Source: a virus | DNA length: 39,522 nucleotides | IMG/VR virus record: IMGVR_UViG_3300028675_000001 | Span: 1 to 39,522 of that record | Strand: one strand, 5' to 3' | The notes under the pieces: model-generated | The model's input: only the letters and a program-made list of their open reading frames with translations | What the model was told of the DNA's origin: nothing | Database searches by the model: none | In this document: positions 31,739 through 39,522 of the stretch, piece after piece | How the letters are laid out: every line of letters begins with the position of its first letter | How positions within the stretch are numbered: the first letter of the stretch is position 1 | Made by a program: the position numbers and the translations under genes

Positions 31739-32845
31739 ATGGCAGATTTATTTTGGGGAGATTTAGGAGCTGAAGGCGGTAATATATCGGCATCCAACTT
31801 TTATGATACAACAGATGCACAAGCTGTTATACGGACTGAATTATCCAAGGATTTATGGAAGATTACTTTTGCTTATTCAAACTTCAGGCGATATGTAGAC
31901 AAAATTACTGGATTTACTGAGAAGATGTCTGATAAGTTTATGGTTCCGAAGGATCTCTTTAGACCTGAAGATGCGTTATGGGATGAAGTAGGAGAGTTTG
32001 ATGCTTTACCTGATTTTAATCTCAATTTTGGTAGGTTCTTAATTCAAATAGCTGAAAGAGGCAAACAATTTAAGCATACAGAAAGAGCGGATTTATTTTC
32101 TTTTGTAGATATTGAGGGGCTTGCAAGGGAAAAATTTAGTCAGATTGGTGTAGCATCGATTGAAAGAGACTTATTAATGAATGCATTTGTTTATCTTGAT
32201 GTATTGGGAATTGCCCAATCGGCTGGTGATGTGTTTTATGAAACAAGCAAAACTTTAGCACCGACTAAATCATTCATGAGAGATGTTGATGGAATATTTA
32301 CCCCAATAACGATTACACAGGTTACTTATGATACAAGTGCTCATACTATTGAGGGGAAGACACCAGCTAATTTAACCATGTCTCATATTCTTAGATTTGC
32401 TCAGATTTTACATGATTTAAATGTTCCTTCTTATACAGGAGATGGTTATGGGACTTATTTAGTGATAATTAACAAGCAAGCTGAGAATAGGCTTTTGACT
32501 GATCCTGTATTTTTCCAAGCTGTTACTTATTCTGGTGATGTTGAAAAACTTTACAAAGGGTATATTGGTTCCTTCTATGGTCAGGAATTTGTGCGTGATG
32601 AGGGTAAATATATTGATAAATTTGTTTGTGGATTAAATCCCGAATTACAAGGTAAAGCAATTTGTATCTTTTTAGGTAAGCAACCTGTAGTTGAAGCTGT
32701 GATTAGACCTGAAGCCGTATATGAAGAGAGACCAATGGACTATGGTAGGTATAAAGGAATGGCTATTAGGACTTATAGAGGAGAGAGCCCAACTTGGTTT
32801 AGTGCAGAAGGACAGCCAGTTGGTGGTATACTTGTAGGCGCTTAA
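31739..32845 (+). CDS. Major capsid protein candidate
   Basis: 368 aa with a strong GGAGGG SD. Its position after terL and the scaffold-like gene fits. Fold not verified. Confidence 0.55.
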   Translation: MADLFWGDLGAEGGNISASNFYDTTDAQAVIRTELSKDLWKITFAYSNFRRYVDKITGFTEKMSDKFMVPKDLFRPEDALWDEVGEFDALPDFNLNFGRFLIQIAERGKQFKHTERADLFSFVDIEGLAREKFSQIGVASIERDLLMNAFVYLDVLGIAQSAGDVFYETSKTLAPTKSFMRDVDGIFTPITITQVTYDTSAHTIEGKTPANLTMSHILRFAQILHDLNVPSYTGDGYGTYLVIINKQAENRLLTDPVFFQAVTYSGDVEKLYKGYIGSFYGQEFVRDEGKYIDKFVCGLNPELQGKAICIFLGKQPVVEAVIRPEAVYEERPMDYGRYKGMAIRTYRGESPTWFSAEGQPVGGILVGA

Positions 32846-32855
32846 TGAGTATGCA

Positions 32856-33494
32856 ATGTGGGCATCAAATGATGAATATATTCAACACATCTTAAAATTT
32901 GCGGGGGTTCCGTATGAGGAGCCCCTGTCTTTATCAACATTTTATAATTCAGTTTATAAACCACTTTTTCAAGAAGCACTTTTAGAAATTCAGAAATTTA
33001 TTAATTTTTCCTTCATGCGTAAGGAAGAAGAGTTTGTTCTATCGGCTGGTCAATCATTTATTAAACTTAATACACCAAATATCAAATTTATTCAAGCAAT
33101 TTTCCCTAAAGGTAGTAATAAAGTTTTAGAGGGATTTGAGTATTCAAAGTATGCTGGGGCAATGCAGGTAGGAGAACCAATGGCTTATTATTTTGATGAT
33201 AATGCGATGACTATTTATTTTAATGCTACTTCAATTAATGATATTATTTATCGAGTTATTTATTACGAATATGATTTAGAAAGTGATCCGCATCCTGTAT
33301 TAAATGAAGCACCTGAAGTGTTAAAATATTTATATCTTGCCAAACTTTATTTGCATTTAGGAGAATATGAAAAATATGAAAATTCTTATCAGAAGTATAT
33401 TGCTTTATGTAAATTAGAGGATGGGCTAGAAAAAATAAAGAAAACGAAAACAACTTTACTAAAATTGAAGCATGGATATGAAGGTTGGTGGTAA
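32856..33494 (+). CDS. Hypothetical head/connector protein
   Basis: 212-aa ORF in the structural operon. Confidence 0.5.
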   Translation: MWASNDEYIQHILKFAGVPYEEPLSLSTFYNSVYKPLFQEALLEIQKFINFSFMRKEEEFVLSAGQSFIKLNTPNIKFIQAIFPKGSNKVLEGFEYSKYAGAMQVGEPMAYYFDDNAMTIYFNATSINDIIYRVIYYEYDLESDPHPVLNEAPEVLKYLYLAKLYLHLGEYEKYENSYQKYIALCKLEDGLEKIKKTKTTLLKLKHGYEGWW

Positions 33495-33813
33495 TTTAAG
33501 AAATTATATTACGAAAGAAGAGCTTGATAAGTATTTTACTAAATCGGGTTATGAAAAACTTTATATAACAAATTTAGTAGCTACGGATTGGGGGTTTGCG
33601 AGTTGGGATGTAGATAATGAAGGATATTTATTTGTTATGTCTTGTTATGGAGATGCAAAGTTATGGAAGGAGTTCTTTGTTAATTTAGCAAAGCAATTGA
33701 ATTTAAGAGGTATTAAATTTATTACTAAGAGAAATCCTTTAGCTTGGAGGAAATTACTTGATGGTTTTGTTTTAGATGAATTTGTGTTAAAATATGAAAT
33801 AGAGGGGGAATAA
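33472..33813 (+). CDS. Hypothetical structural protein
   Basis: 113-aa ORF that overlaps the upstream gene. Confidence 0.5.
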   Translation: MDMKVGGNLRNYITKEELDKYFTKSGYEKLYITNLVATDWGFASWDVDNEGYLFVMSCYGDAKLWKEFFVNLAKQLNLRGIKFITKRNPLAWRKLLDGFVLDEFVLKYEIEGE

Positions 33814-33814
33814 A

Positions 33815-34792
33815 ATGGGTGGTATAGTAGATTCTATTTTTGGTGGGGGAGATCAAGAAACTGAAGTTACATATAATATACCCCCAGAAGTATCTGCTCT
33901 CCAAAGAGCAATAGTAGAAGAACTACAAGCTTTACGACCCCTTGCTGAGCAAGCGGTTCCAGATGTTCAAAGGGCAATTCAAAGTTTTATTCAACAATAT
34001 CAAGAATGGTTACAACGAAGCCCAGAGTTTTTTGAAGAAGCACAAAGGCAAATAGGAGGACTTACTACACAAACAAAACAACAATTACAAGATGTATTTG
34101 AAGGTTTAGTAGGAAGGGCTGGTGAATTTTGGGATGAAGCAAGACAAACTTTATCAACAGATATTCAGGAAGCTGAAGAGAAAATTCCACAAATTTATGA
34201 ACAAGCAAGAACACAAACAAAAGAATTGACAAAAGAAGTTTTACAAGATGCTTTAAGGAACACAATACGAAAATTGGCGATGCAAGGGCTTATTAGTCAA
34301 ACTGCGGGAACTCAAGCAATGGCTGAACAATTTAGGCAATATGAATATGAACCATTACAAAGATTAATTGAAGCTGAAACTGGTGCAAAACAAAGATTGC
34401 AAGAACAAGCTTTAGGATATAAAACTGATATAGGAGAAAAGAAAGCTGGTGCTAAGGAAAGGATGTTAAGTGATTATGCAAGTAATATTGCTAAAACATT
34501 ACAAAGTGCGATGGCATTACAAGCTGGATTAACAGGGCAACAATTACAATATCAATTATCTTTACCAGATATTTATAAAGCAATTATGCAAGCACAACAG
34601 CAATATGCACTTACTCCATTTGAATTAAGAAGGTCTTTACTTGGAACATTGACGGGTTCGGCTGGGGTAGTTCAACAATTATCTCCTGCAAATGTAACTC
34701 AAGCCACAAGTGGGGGTGTTAATCCAGTGTTAGGTGGTTTAGTAGGAACAGCAGGGACTTTAGGTTTATTTAAGTTATTTGGTCTTATTTAA
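33815..34792 (+). CDS. Gln-rich virion protein with a Gly-rich hydrophobic C-terminus
   Basis: 325 aa. The C-terminus is GGVNPVLGGLVGTAGTLGLFKLFGLI. A GAGGGGG SD lies upstream. Confidence 0.5.
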   Translation: MGGIVDSIFGGGDQETEVTYNIPPEVSALQRAIVEELQALRPLAEQAVPDVQRAIQSFIQQYQEWLQRSPEFFEEAQRQIGGLTTQTKQQLQDVFEGLVGRAGEFWDEARQTLSTDIQEAEEKIPQIYEQARTQTKELTKEVLQDALRNTIRKLAMQGLISQTAGTQAMAEQFRQYEYEPLQRLIEAETGAKQRLQEQALGYKTDIGEKKAGAKERMLSDYASNIAKTLQSAMALQAGLTGQQLQYQLSLPDIYKAIMQAQQQYALTPFELRRSLLGTLTGSAGVVQQLSPANVTQATSGGVNPVLGGLVGTAGTLGLFKLFGLI

Positions 34793-34803
34793 GGAGGTTT
34801 AAG

Positions 34804-35523
34804 ATGGCAAATCAAGCGTTAGATCCTTTATCTTTACTTATGTTGATTAATGCACAAATATTTGGGAGGAACCCTTGGGAAACGACTACAGAAAGACCCA
34901 CTACAAGAGATTTAGCAACATTATCGGCTCAAAGAGGAAGTCCTTATGGTAAGGTGACGATTAAACAACCAAAGATGACTTGGAGTGATTTTATACAAGC
35001 AGTTATTATACCAATGGTTTCGGATTTATTGACAGCGAAAGAATTAAACAAGCCTGTATTAGATGAAAAAACAATAGAGCGATTAAAAAAGAATATTCCT
35101 GATTTAGAAAAATATGTTCAGAAAGATGAAAAAACAGGTCAATATAGATTTACAAATATAGATGAAGCACCACAAACAGTTAAGGAGATTTATAATAAAG
35201 TCAAAGAAATTGAAGAAGCACGACAAAAGATAATAAAAAACCCGAAGAATTTTTTGAGACCTGGGACTTTATCTTTAATAATGCAAAATCCTAATATTGC
35301 AAGCACTTTATTTGATGTCTCGGGACAAATTGAGCAAAGTATAAAAGCTGGCAAAAAGAAAGAAGCAATGAAAAAAGTAGCATCAAAAACATTACAATCT
35401 TTAGGAATGAAAGAAGAAGATCTGGAAGGTTTAGATTGGGAAGATTTTCAGGCATTGATACCGTTTATTTTTACGAACATTTTTAATAATTTAAAACCAA
35501 ATTTGGGGCAAAAAAATGAGTGA
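34804..35523 (+). CDS. Hypothetical virion protein
   Basis: 239-aa ORF with a GGAGG SD upstream. Confidence 0.5.
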   Translation: MANQALDPLSLLMLINAQIFGRNPWETTTERPTTRDLATLSAQRGSPYGKVTIKQPKMTWSDFIQAVIIPMVSDLLTAKELNKPVLDEKTIERLKKNIPDLEKYVQKDEKTGQYRFTNIDEAPQTVKEIYNKVKEIEEARQKIIKNPKNFLRPGTLSLIMQNPNIASTLFDVSGQIEQSIKAGKKKEAMKKVASKTLQSLGMKEEDLEGLDWEDFQALIPFIFTNIFNNLKPNLGQKNE

Positions 35524-36487
35524 TTTAATGGGTAATTTTTGGGATTATTTTAAAGAAAATTCAATACAATATCAAAGTAAAACTAAGAAAGATGAACAAC
35601 AGAAAGAGCAAGCAACTAACCAAGAAAAACAACAAATGACTAAAAAATCAAGTAAAAAGATAACGCAAACAACACAACGGGGGATAGAGCAATCATTAGA
35701 AAATTTAGTTTTTAATGAAATTAAGAGTTTGATAACAGGAGAAAAAAGCCCACAAGAAAGTAAATTATTTGCAGATATAAATACAGAGCAGGGAAAATTA
35801 AGTAAAGATTTACAAACAACTTTACAATCATATAACAATACAATGAAAGAACTGGCTGATTTTACAAACAAATTTAATGAAGCACATAGTAAGATGATTG
35901 GTTTATTTGCGTTGATGCTTGGGAAGAGTGATTTATCGAAACATACGAATGAGCATTTATTTGATAAGATGAGAGAATTGATTTTACATTATCCTGTTGA
36001 TGTAGTTCCATTAGCAATGAGAAGTTTAATTATGGGTTATTTTGCGGGCAAACAATCGGGGATAGATACAGATGGTATGAGTGTAGGTGAATTAATAGCA
36101 ATGGGAGAAAATCCTGAAATTATAGCAAAATTATCTCCGAAGAGTATAGAATTTTTAGGTCAACTAATAGATGCGATGCCACAAATTTTTCAGATGAAAG
36201 TTGCTCCATATAAAATAATTTTAGATAAATTACAAAATGAAGCAAAGATTTTAGAAACAAGGCAAACACATTTAGAAAAACTTTTAACTGGATTAGAACA
36301 ACAAAAATTAAATAGATTAAAGCTTTTAGAAATGTTGTTTAATTATTTATTAATGGCAAAAACAAAAGAAGAAACAGCAAAGATACAAGCAGGTTCTCGG
36401 ATAGAAGTAGCTAAAATAAAAAATAAAAAAGAAGAATCTCAGCAATTATTTTCACCAGAAGAGCTTAAGAAATTATTAAAGAAGTAG
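35516..36487 (+). CDS. Hypothetical virion protein
   Basis: 323-aa ORF with an ATGA-type overlap to the upstream gene. Confidence 0.5.
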   Translation: MSDLMGNFWDYFKENSIQYQSKTKKDEQQKEQATNQEKQQMTKKSSKKITQTTQRGIEQSLENLVFNEIKSLITGEKSPQESKLFADINTEQGKLSKDLQTTLQSYNNTMKELADFTNKFNEAHSKMIGLFALMLGKSDLSKHTNEHLFDKMRELILHYPVDVVPLAMRSLIMGYFAGKQSGIDTDGMSVGELIAMGENPEIIAKLSPKSIEFLGQLIDAMPQIFQMKVAPYKIILDKLQNEAKILETRQTHLEKLLTGLEQQKLNRLKLLEMLFNYLLMAKTKEETAKIQAGSRIEVAKIKNKKEESQQLFSPEELKKLLKK

Positions 36488-36496
36488 TAGGGTTTT

Positions 36497-39400
36497 ATGG
36501 GGTTAACTGATATAATACATGATTTAAAGGTTAAATTTTTTGGTTATGGAGAGGATGATGTATTAAATTTTATTGCATATCCCAAGAAAGGGGAGATTAG
36601 TAAATTATTAAAAGATAAAGCATCGAGGGAGAAGTTTTTTTCTACGGTCAATCAAATAGCTCAAAAAAGGGGTTTAAATCCAAATGAAACAATAAAAGTT
36701 GTATCAAGGTATATATTACAGAAAGCGAAGGATAATGAATTAATACGGTCAGAAGTGTTTACAAATCCTCGTTTACAAGATTATGAAGAGATAATTGGAC
36801 TTGATGAGTTAGGTCGGTATGCGTTCGGTGAAAAAGATCCTGGGTTGGGTATTGTTCGTGTGATTAATGTTGCAAATATTGGAAAAAGAATAGAAAAAAA
36901 AGAGCATGATAAATTTGTTGCTAATGTAAGAAATTCAGTGAGAATGGCTTATCAAGTTCATGATACGATTGAGCGAATAGATAAGGCATTAGATATAGCA
37001 AGTGATATTTCATTAATTTTGGGGCTTGGTAGTTTGGTTGTTAAGGGAGGTCTTTGGATTGGGAAGAGAGTATTAAAAGATGTAATAAAAGAGACTTTAG
37101 GCAAATCATTAGTAGTGAAAGCTTTAACTGGGGTTGCAAGTTTAGGGATTAAAGCTGGAGATATAGCGTTTGCTGGGAGTGAATTAGGTAAAGTGACATT
37201 AAATACAGTAGCAAAAGGGTTGCCATTATCATATTCATTAGATCATATTTTATTTGGTGGGCTTCCGTTAGCAGGTCTTTTAGGTTCAAAAACAAAAATA
37301 GGACAAGAAATTATACGCAAAACAGAAGGAGCACCATTTAAAACAGTAGAAGATATTAAAACAGCAATAATTGAGGGACAAGTTGATTTGGGGCTTATTG
37401 AATATAAACCTAAAGAAGTTGCTGATTTATTTGCTAATCAGTTAAAAACACACCTTGAGCAAAAATCTGGAAAGAAATGGTCATTAGAAGCCTTAAACGG
37501 ATTAAATGTTCAAATCGCACAAGTAGCAAATTCATTACAAGATAAAGTTAAATTCAATACTTTAATTCTTTCCGATACCATAAGTGAACCGAACAAATAT
37601 AAAGATAAAATCCATAAAATTTTCCAAGAGCACAGAGATTGGTTGGACTATAACTGGAATAAAATTTCTCAATTATTAGATAAATTACCAGATGAACAAA
37701 TAAAAATTGTTAATCAAGATCATGAATTAATTGAATTTTTTAGTATGAATACGAGCAGAGCATTATATAATCGGGTTATTAATGCAGTTGAAGATTTAAA
37801 AAAGCAAGGAATAGAATTAGACAAAGTGAAAATAAAAGTAGGGGATGAAATTGTAGCGTTTACTGGTGCTCAAGTTTATTCAAATGATTTTATGAAATTA
37901 ATTGAAGATTACACAAAGAAAGCAATAAGAAATGAACATATAGGAGTAGGGGTTGAATTTTTAGATGAAGCTGGTGAACAAATAAAAACAATTGGTTTAC
38001 CTTCAATTTATATTCCTACTTCAGATTATAAGAAAGTAATGAAAGTTTTTGTTGCAGATGAGGAGGGAATTAAAGATATTTATGTTGATATACCGCAAGT
38101 TTTATTAGGAGCAGTTGGTGAAAAATTTAAAGGAGATATTAACAAAATTCATGATTTTTTGAAAGAATATGTAGCAAAGGTTAAAGGATTAGATAAAGAA
38201 CAAATTCACGGAATTTTACAAATTTATGATCCAGCAACGCAATTGTTTCCTTCTACAATTGTTCGAGAATTAAAATTATCACAGTATAAATTATTTGATG
38301 ATTTATTAGGTTTATTTCCTGATGAAGAACTGAAGCAACTTGGGCTAAAAAGGGAACGGATAACTAAACTAACTGAATTTGCAGAAAATATAGCAACAGC
38401 ATTTAATCAACAAGTTTTCCGCTTCCATAAAATTCAAATAGAAAAATCATTAAAAGAAATCAGAAGCAATCTAAAAGAACTTTTAGGTAAAGAACCAAAA
38501 GATAAAACAAAAACTGAAAAATTACTTGAAGAGGCATTAGAAAAAGCATCTATAAGTAATAATGAAGAGTTTACTAATTTAATTAATCAATTTGCTCAGG
38601 TCGTTCAAGAATACAAATCTAAATTAATAGATATTAAAAGTTTTTATACAGACACAAAAAAAGCAAAGCTTGCTGAAAAATTAACAAAAGTCTTCCAAAA
38701 AACAAATACGCTAATTGAAAAATTAGGCAATCAACCAATTGAAACATTAAGAGAAAAAATTATTAATACATTAGCTTATAAACATCCAAGTGAATTTAGA
38801 AAGTATGGTTCTGGTTTTGTTGATGTGCAATTATTAGCACAGCTTGATAAAAATTTAGCAATAGATTATTTAGCTCGTGCATATACAAGACCGTGGACAA
38901 CAGAAACAAGGTGGTTATTAAGTGTTGTAAGAAATGTTGATGAAATAGTTCTTAATAATCCAATGCTTAAAGATACTGATTTTGCTAAAACTTTGAAACT
39001 TGTGCGGGATTATCAAGGAACGGATACAGCAAGAAGTAAATGGATTAGAACAATTGGTAAAATATCAAGAATTTATACGATGTTTTTACCAAGAATTGCA
39101 ATGGGTGCAGGAGTTCAGTTATTTAGTGCTATTTCGCAAAGGTATCCAAGTTTTAGATTTTTCCAAGCACCACTTGAAACAATAAAAGATATATTAAAAA
39201 CCCCTGAACTTAGAGATTATTTAGCTAAACAAATAAAAGAAGAACTTGGGGAGCATCATTATTTATCATTCTGGATTAGAGCTATTGAACCATTAGTTCA
39301 AACAATTTTTTACAATGAATTAATGAAAAATCCAAAATTTAGAGAAGAAGTTTTGAAAGATTTTGGGCGAGCTATTAAAGAATTTACTCCTACGGATGCA

Positions 39401-39522
39401 AAATTATTAGCTGAACATTTAGCTAATTTAATTGATAGTCCTGCATCAATTTCTCCATTTATGGGGGCAACATTTGGTAAGTTAGCTTATATACAGAGTT
39501 GGTTTCCTTATGTGGTAGCACC
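36497..39522 (+). CDS. N-terminal 1,008 codons of the 1,428-aa virion protein (tape-measure or ejection-protein-like). It is open at the window end and continues at base 3.
   Basis: Reading from the ATG at 36497 I found no in-frame stop up to 39522. The frame (position mod 3 = 2) equals the frame of 66..1388 shifted by 39,395. Gly-zipper hydrophobic segments are present (LILGLGSLVVKGGLWIG, LTGVASLGIKAGDIAFAG, LFGGLPLAGLLG). It is absent from the track because there is no stop in the window. Confidence 0.8.
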   Translation, partial: MGLTDIIHDLKVKFFGYGEDDVLNFIAYPKKGEISKLLKDKASREKFFSTVNQIAQKRGLNPNETIKVVSRYILQKAKDNELIRSEVFTNPRLQDYEEIIGLDELGRYAFGEKDPGLGIVRVINVANIGKRIEKKEHDKFVANVRNSVRMAYQVHDTIERIDKALDIASDISLILGLGSLVVKGGLWIGKRVLKDVIKETLGKSLVVKALTGVASLGIKAGDIAFAGSELGKVTLNTVAKGLPLSYSLDHILFGGLPLAGLLGSKTKIGQEIIRKTEGAPFKTVEDIKTAIIEGQVDLGLIEYKPKEVADLFANQLKTHLEQKSGKKWSLEALNGLNVQIAQVANSLQDKVKFNTLILSDTISEPNKYKDKIHKIFQEHRDWLDYNWNKISQLLDKLPDEQIKIVNQDHELIEFFSMNTSRALYNRVINAVEDLKKQGIELDKVKIKVGDEIVAFTGAQVYSNDFMKLIEDYTKKAIRNEHIGVGVEFLDEAGEQIKTIGLPSIYIPTSDYKKVMKVFVADEEGIKDIYVDIPQVLLGAVGEKFKGDINKIHDFLKEYVAKVKGLDKEQIHGILQIYDPATQLFPSTIVRELKLSQYKLFDDLLGLFPDEELKQLGLKRERITKLTEFAENIATAFNQQVFRFHKIQIEKSLKEIRSNLKELLGKEPKDKTKTEKLLEEALEKASISNNEEFTNLINQFAQVVQEYKSKLIDIKSFYTDTKKAKLAEKLTKVFQKTNTLIEKLGNQPIETLREKIINTLAYKHPSEFRKYGSGFVDVQLLAQLDKNLAIDYLARAYTRPWTTETRWLLSVVRNVDEIVLNNPMLKDTDFAKTLKLVRDYQGTDTARSKWIRTIGKISRIYTMFLPRIAMGAGVQLFSAISQRYPSFRFFQAPLETIKDILKTPELRDYLAKQIKEELGEHHYLSFWIRAIEPLVQTIFYNELMKNPKFREEVLKDFGRAIKEFTPTDAKLLAEHLANLIDSPASISPFMGATFGKLAYIQSWFPYVVA
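39396..39522. repeat. Second copy of the 127-bp terminal overlap (identical to 1-127)
   Basis: Direct comparison base by base. Confidence 0.95.

Noticed and set aside
377-35871. These are short track ORFs nested antisense or out of frame inside longer genes: 377..613, 2795..2977, 3435..3641, 7611..7820, 8789..8986, 14532..14729, 17282..17470, 17621..17815, 21456..21665, 22051..22236, 22357..22692, 22973..23170, 24776..24973, 25651..25854, 25767..25979, 30528..30713, 31388..31630, 33256..33453, 34065..34265, 35572..35871 and 39000..39185.
   Set aside because: Each lies wholly within a longer, better-supported ORF. Their composition is low-complexity, Ser/Leu/Phe/Ile-rich, as is typical of wrong-frame AT-rich DNA. 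I saw no SD site for any of them.
1-39522. A prophage or integrated element with att sites, suggested by the terminal direct repeat.
   Set aside because: An ORF reads continuously through the repeat. There are no integrase, repressor/cro pair or flanking host genes. The exact 127-nt length fits an assembler overlap on a circular molecule.

Overview
The window is a complete, self-closing dsDNA phage genome. Bases 1-127 are repeated exactly at 39396-39522, which gives a 39,395-bp unit. It is AT-rich (roughly one-third G+C by eye) and densely coding. It uses the standard bacterial code (TGA is used as a stop in ATGA gene overlaps) and strong GGAGGTG-type Shine-Dalgarno sites.

Architecture:
(i) Minus-strand replication, recombination and early block, 1342-15291. 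It holds an exo+ family-A DNA polymerase, an AEP primase-polymerase/helicase fusion, an SNF2 helicase, a Cas4-like nuclease, a Rad52-like annealase, a tandem ribbon-helix-helix regulator and a DUF1874/AcrIII-1-like protein. Many small ORFs sit behind a reiterated TTGACA-16-TATAAT promoter.
(ii) A 1.1-kb non-coding region, 15292-16464, with an AT-rich iteron array, a GC-rich hairpin and a decayed methyltransferase gene.
(iii) A minus-strand putative portal module, 16648-18788.
(iv) A plus-strand tail, fibre and lysis block, 18849-27571.
(v) An opposite-strand two-gene cassette with an ATP-grasp-like enzyme, 27563-29220.
(vi) A plus-strand packaging, head and virion-protein block that starts at the large terminase (29276). 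It ends with a 1,428-codon ORF that begins at 36497, crosses the circular junction and stops at 1388. The ORF track misses this ORF because it has no stop inside the window.

No integrase, tRNA, CRISPR array or reverse transcriptase was seen. From memory, the gene content resembles PolA-encoding viruses of hot-spring Aquificota, but I cannot verify that here.

Most unusual observations:
- A 50-codon gene (22804-22956) has an in-frame TGA where I expect a conserved Cys, and a GC-rich hairpin follows it immediately.
- A ~440-bp ORF-free tract (9960-10396) has extreme strand asymmetry and is studded with GGAGG/GGA motifs.
- There is a predicted anti-type-III-CRISPR ring nuclease.
- There is an opposite-strand ATP-grasp cassette.
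- The early-region intergenic spacers contain 12-bp-phased repeats.

All functional calls rest on motif reading by eye. No searches were run.
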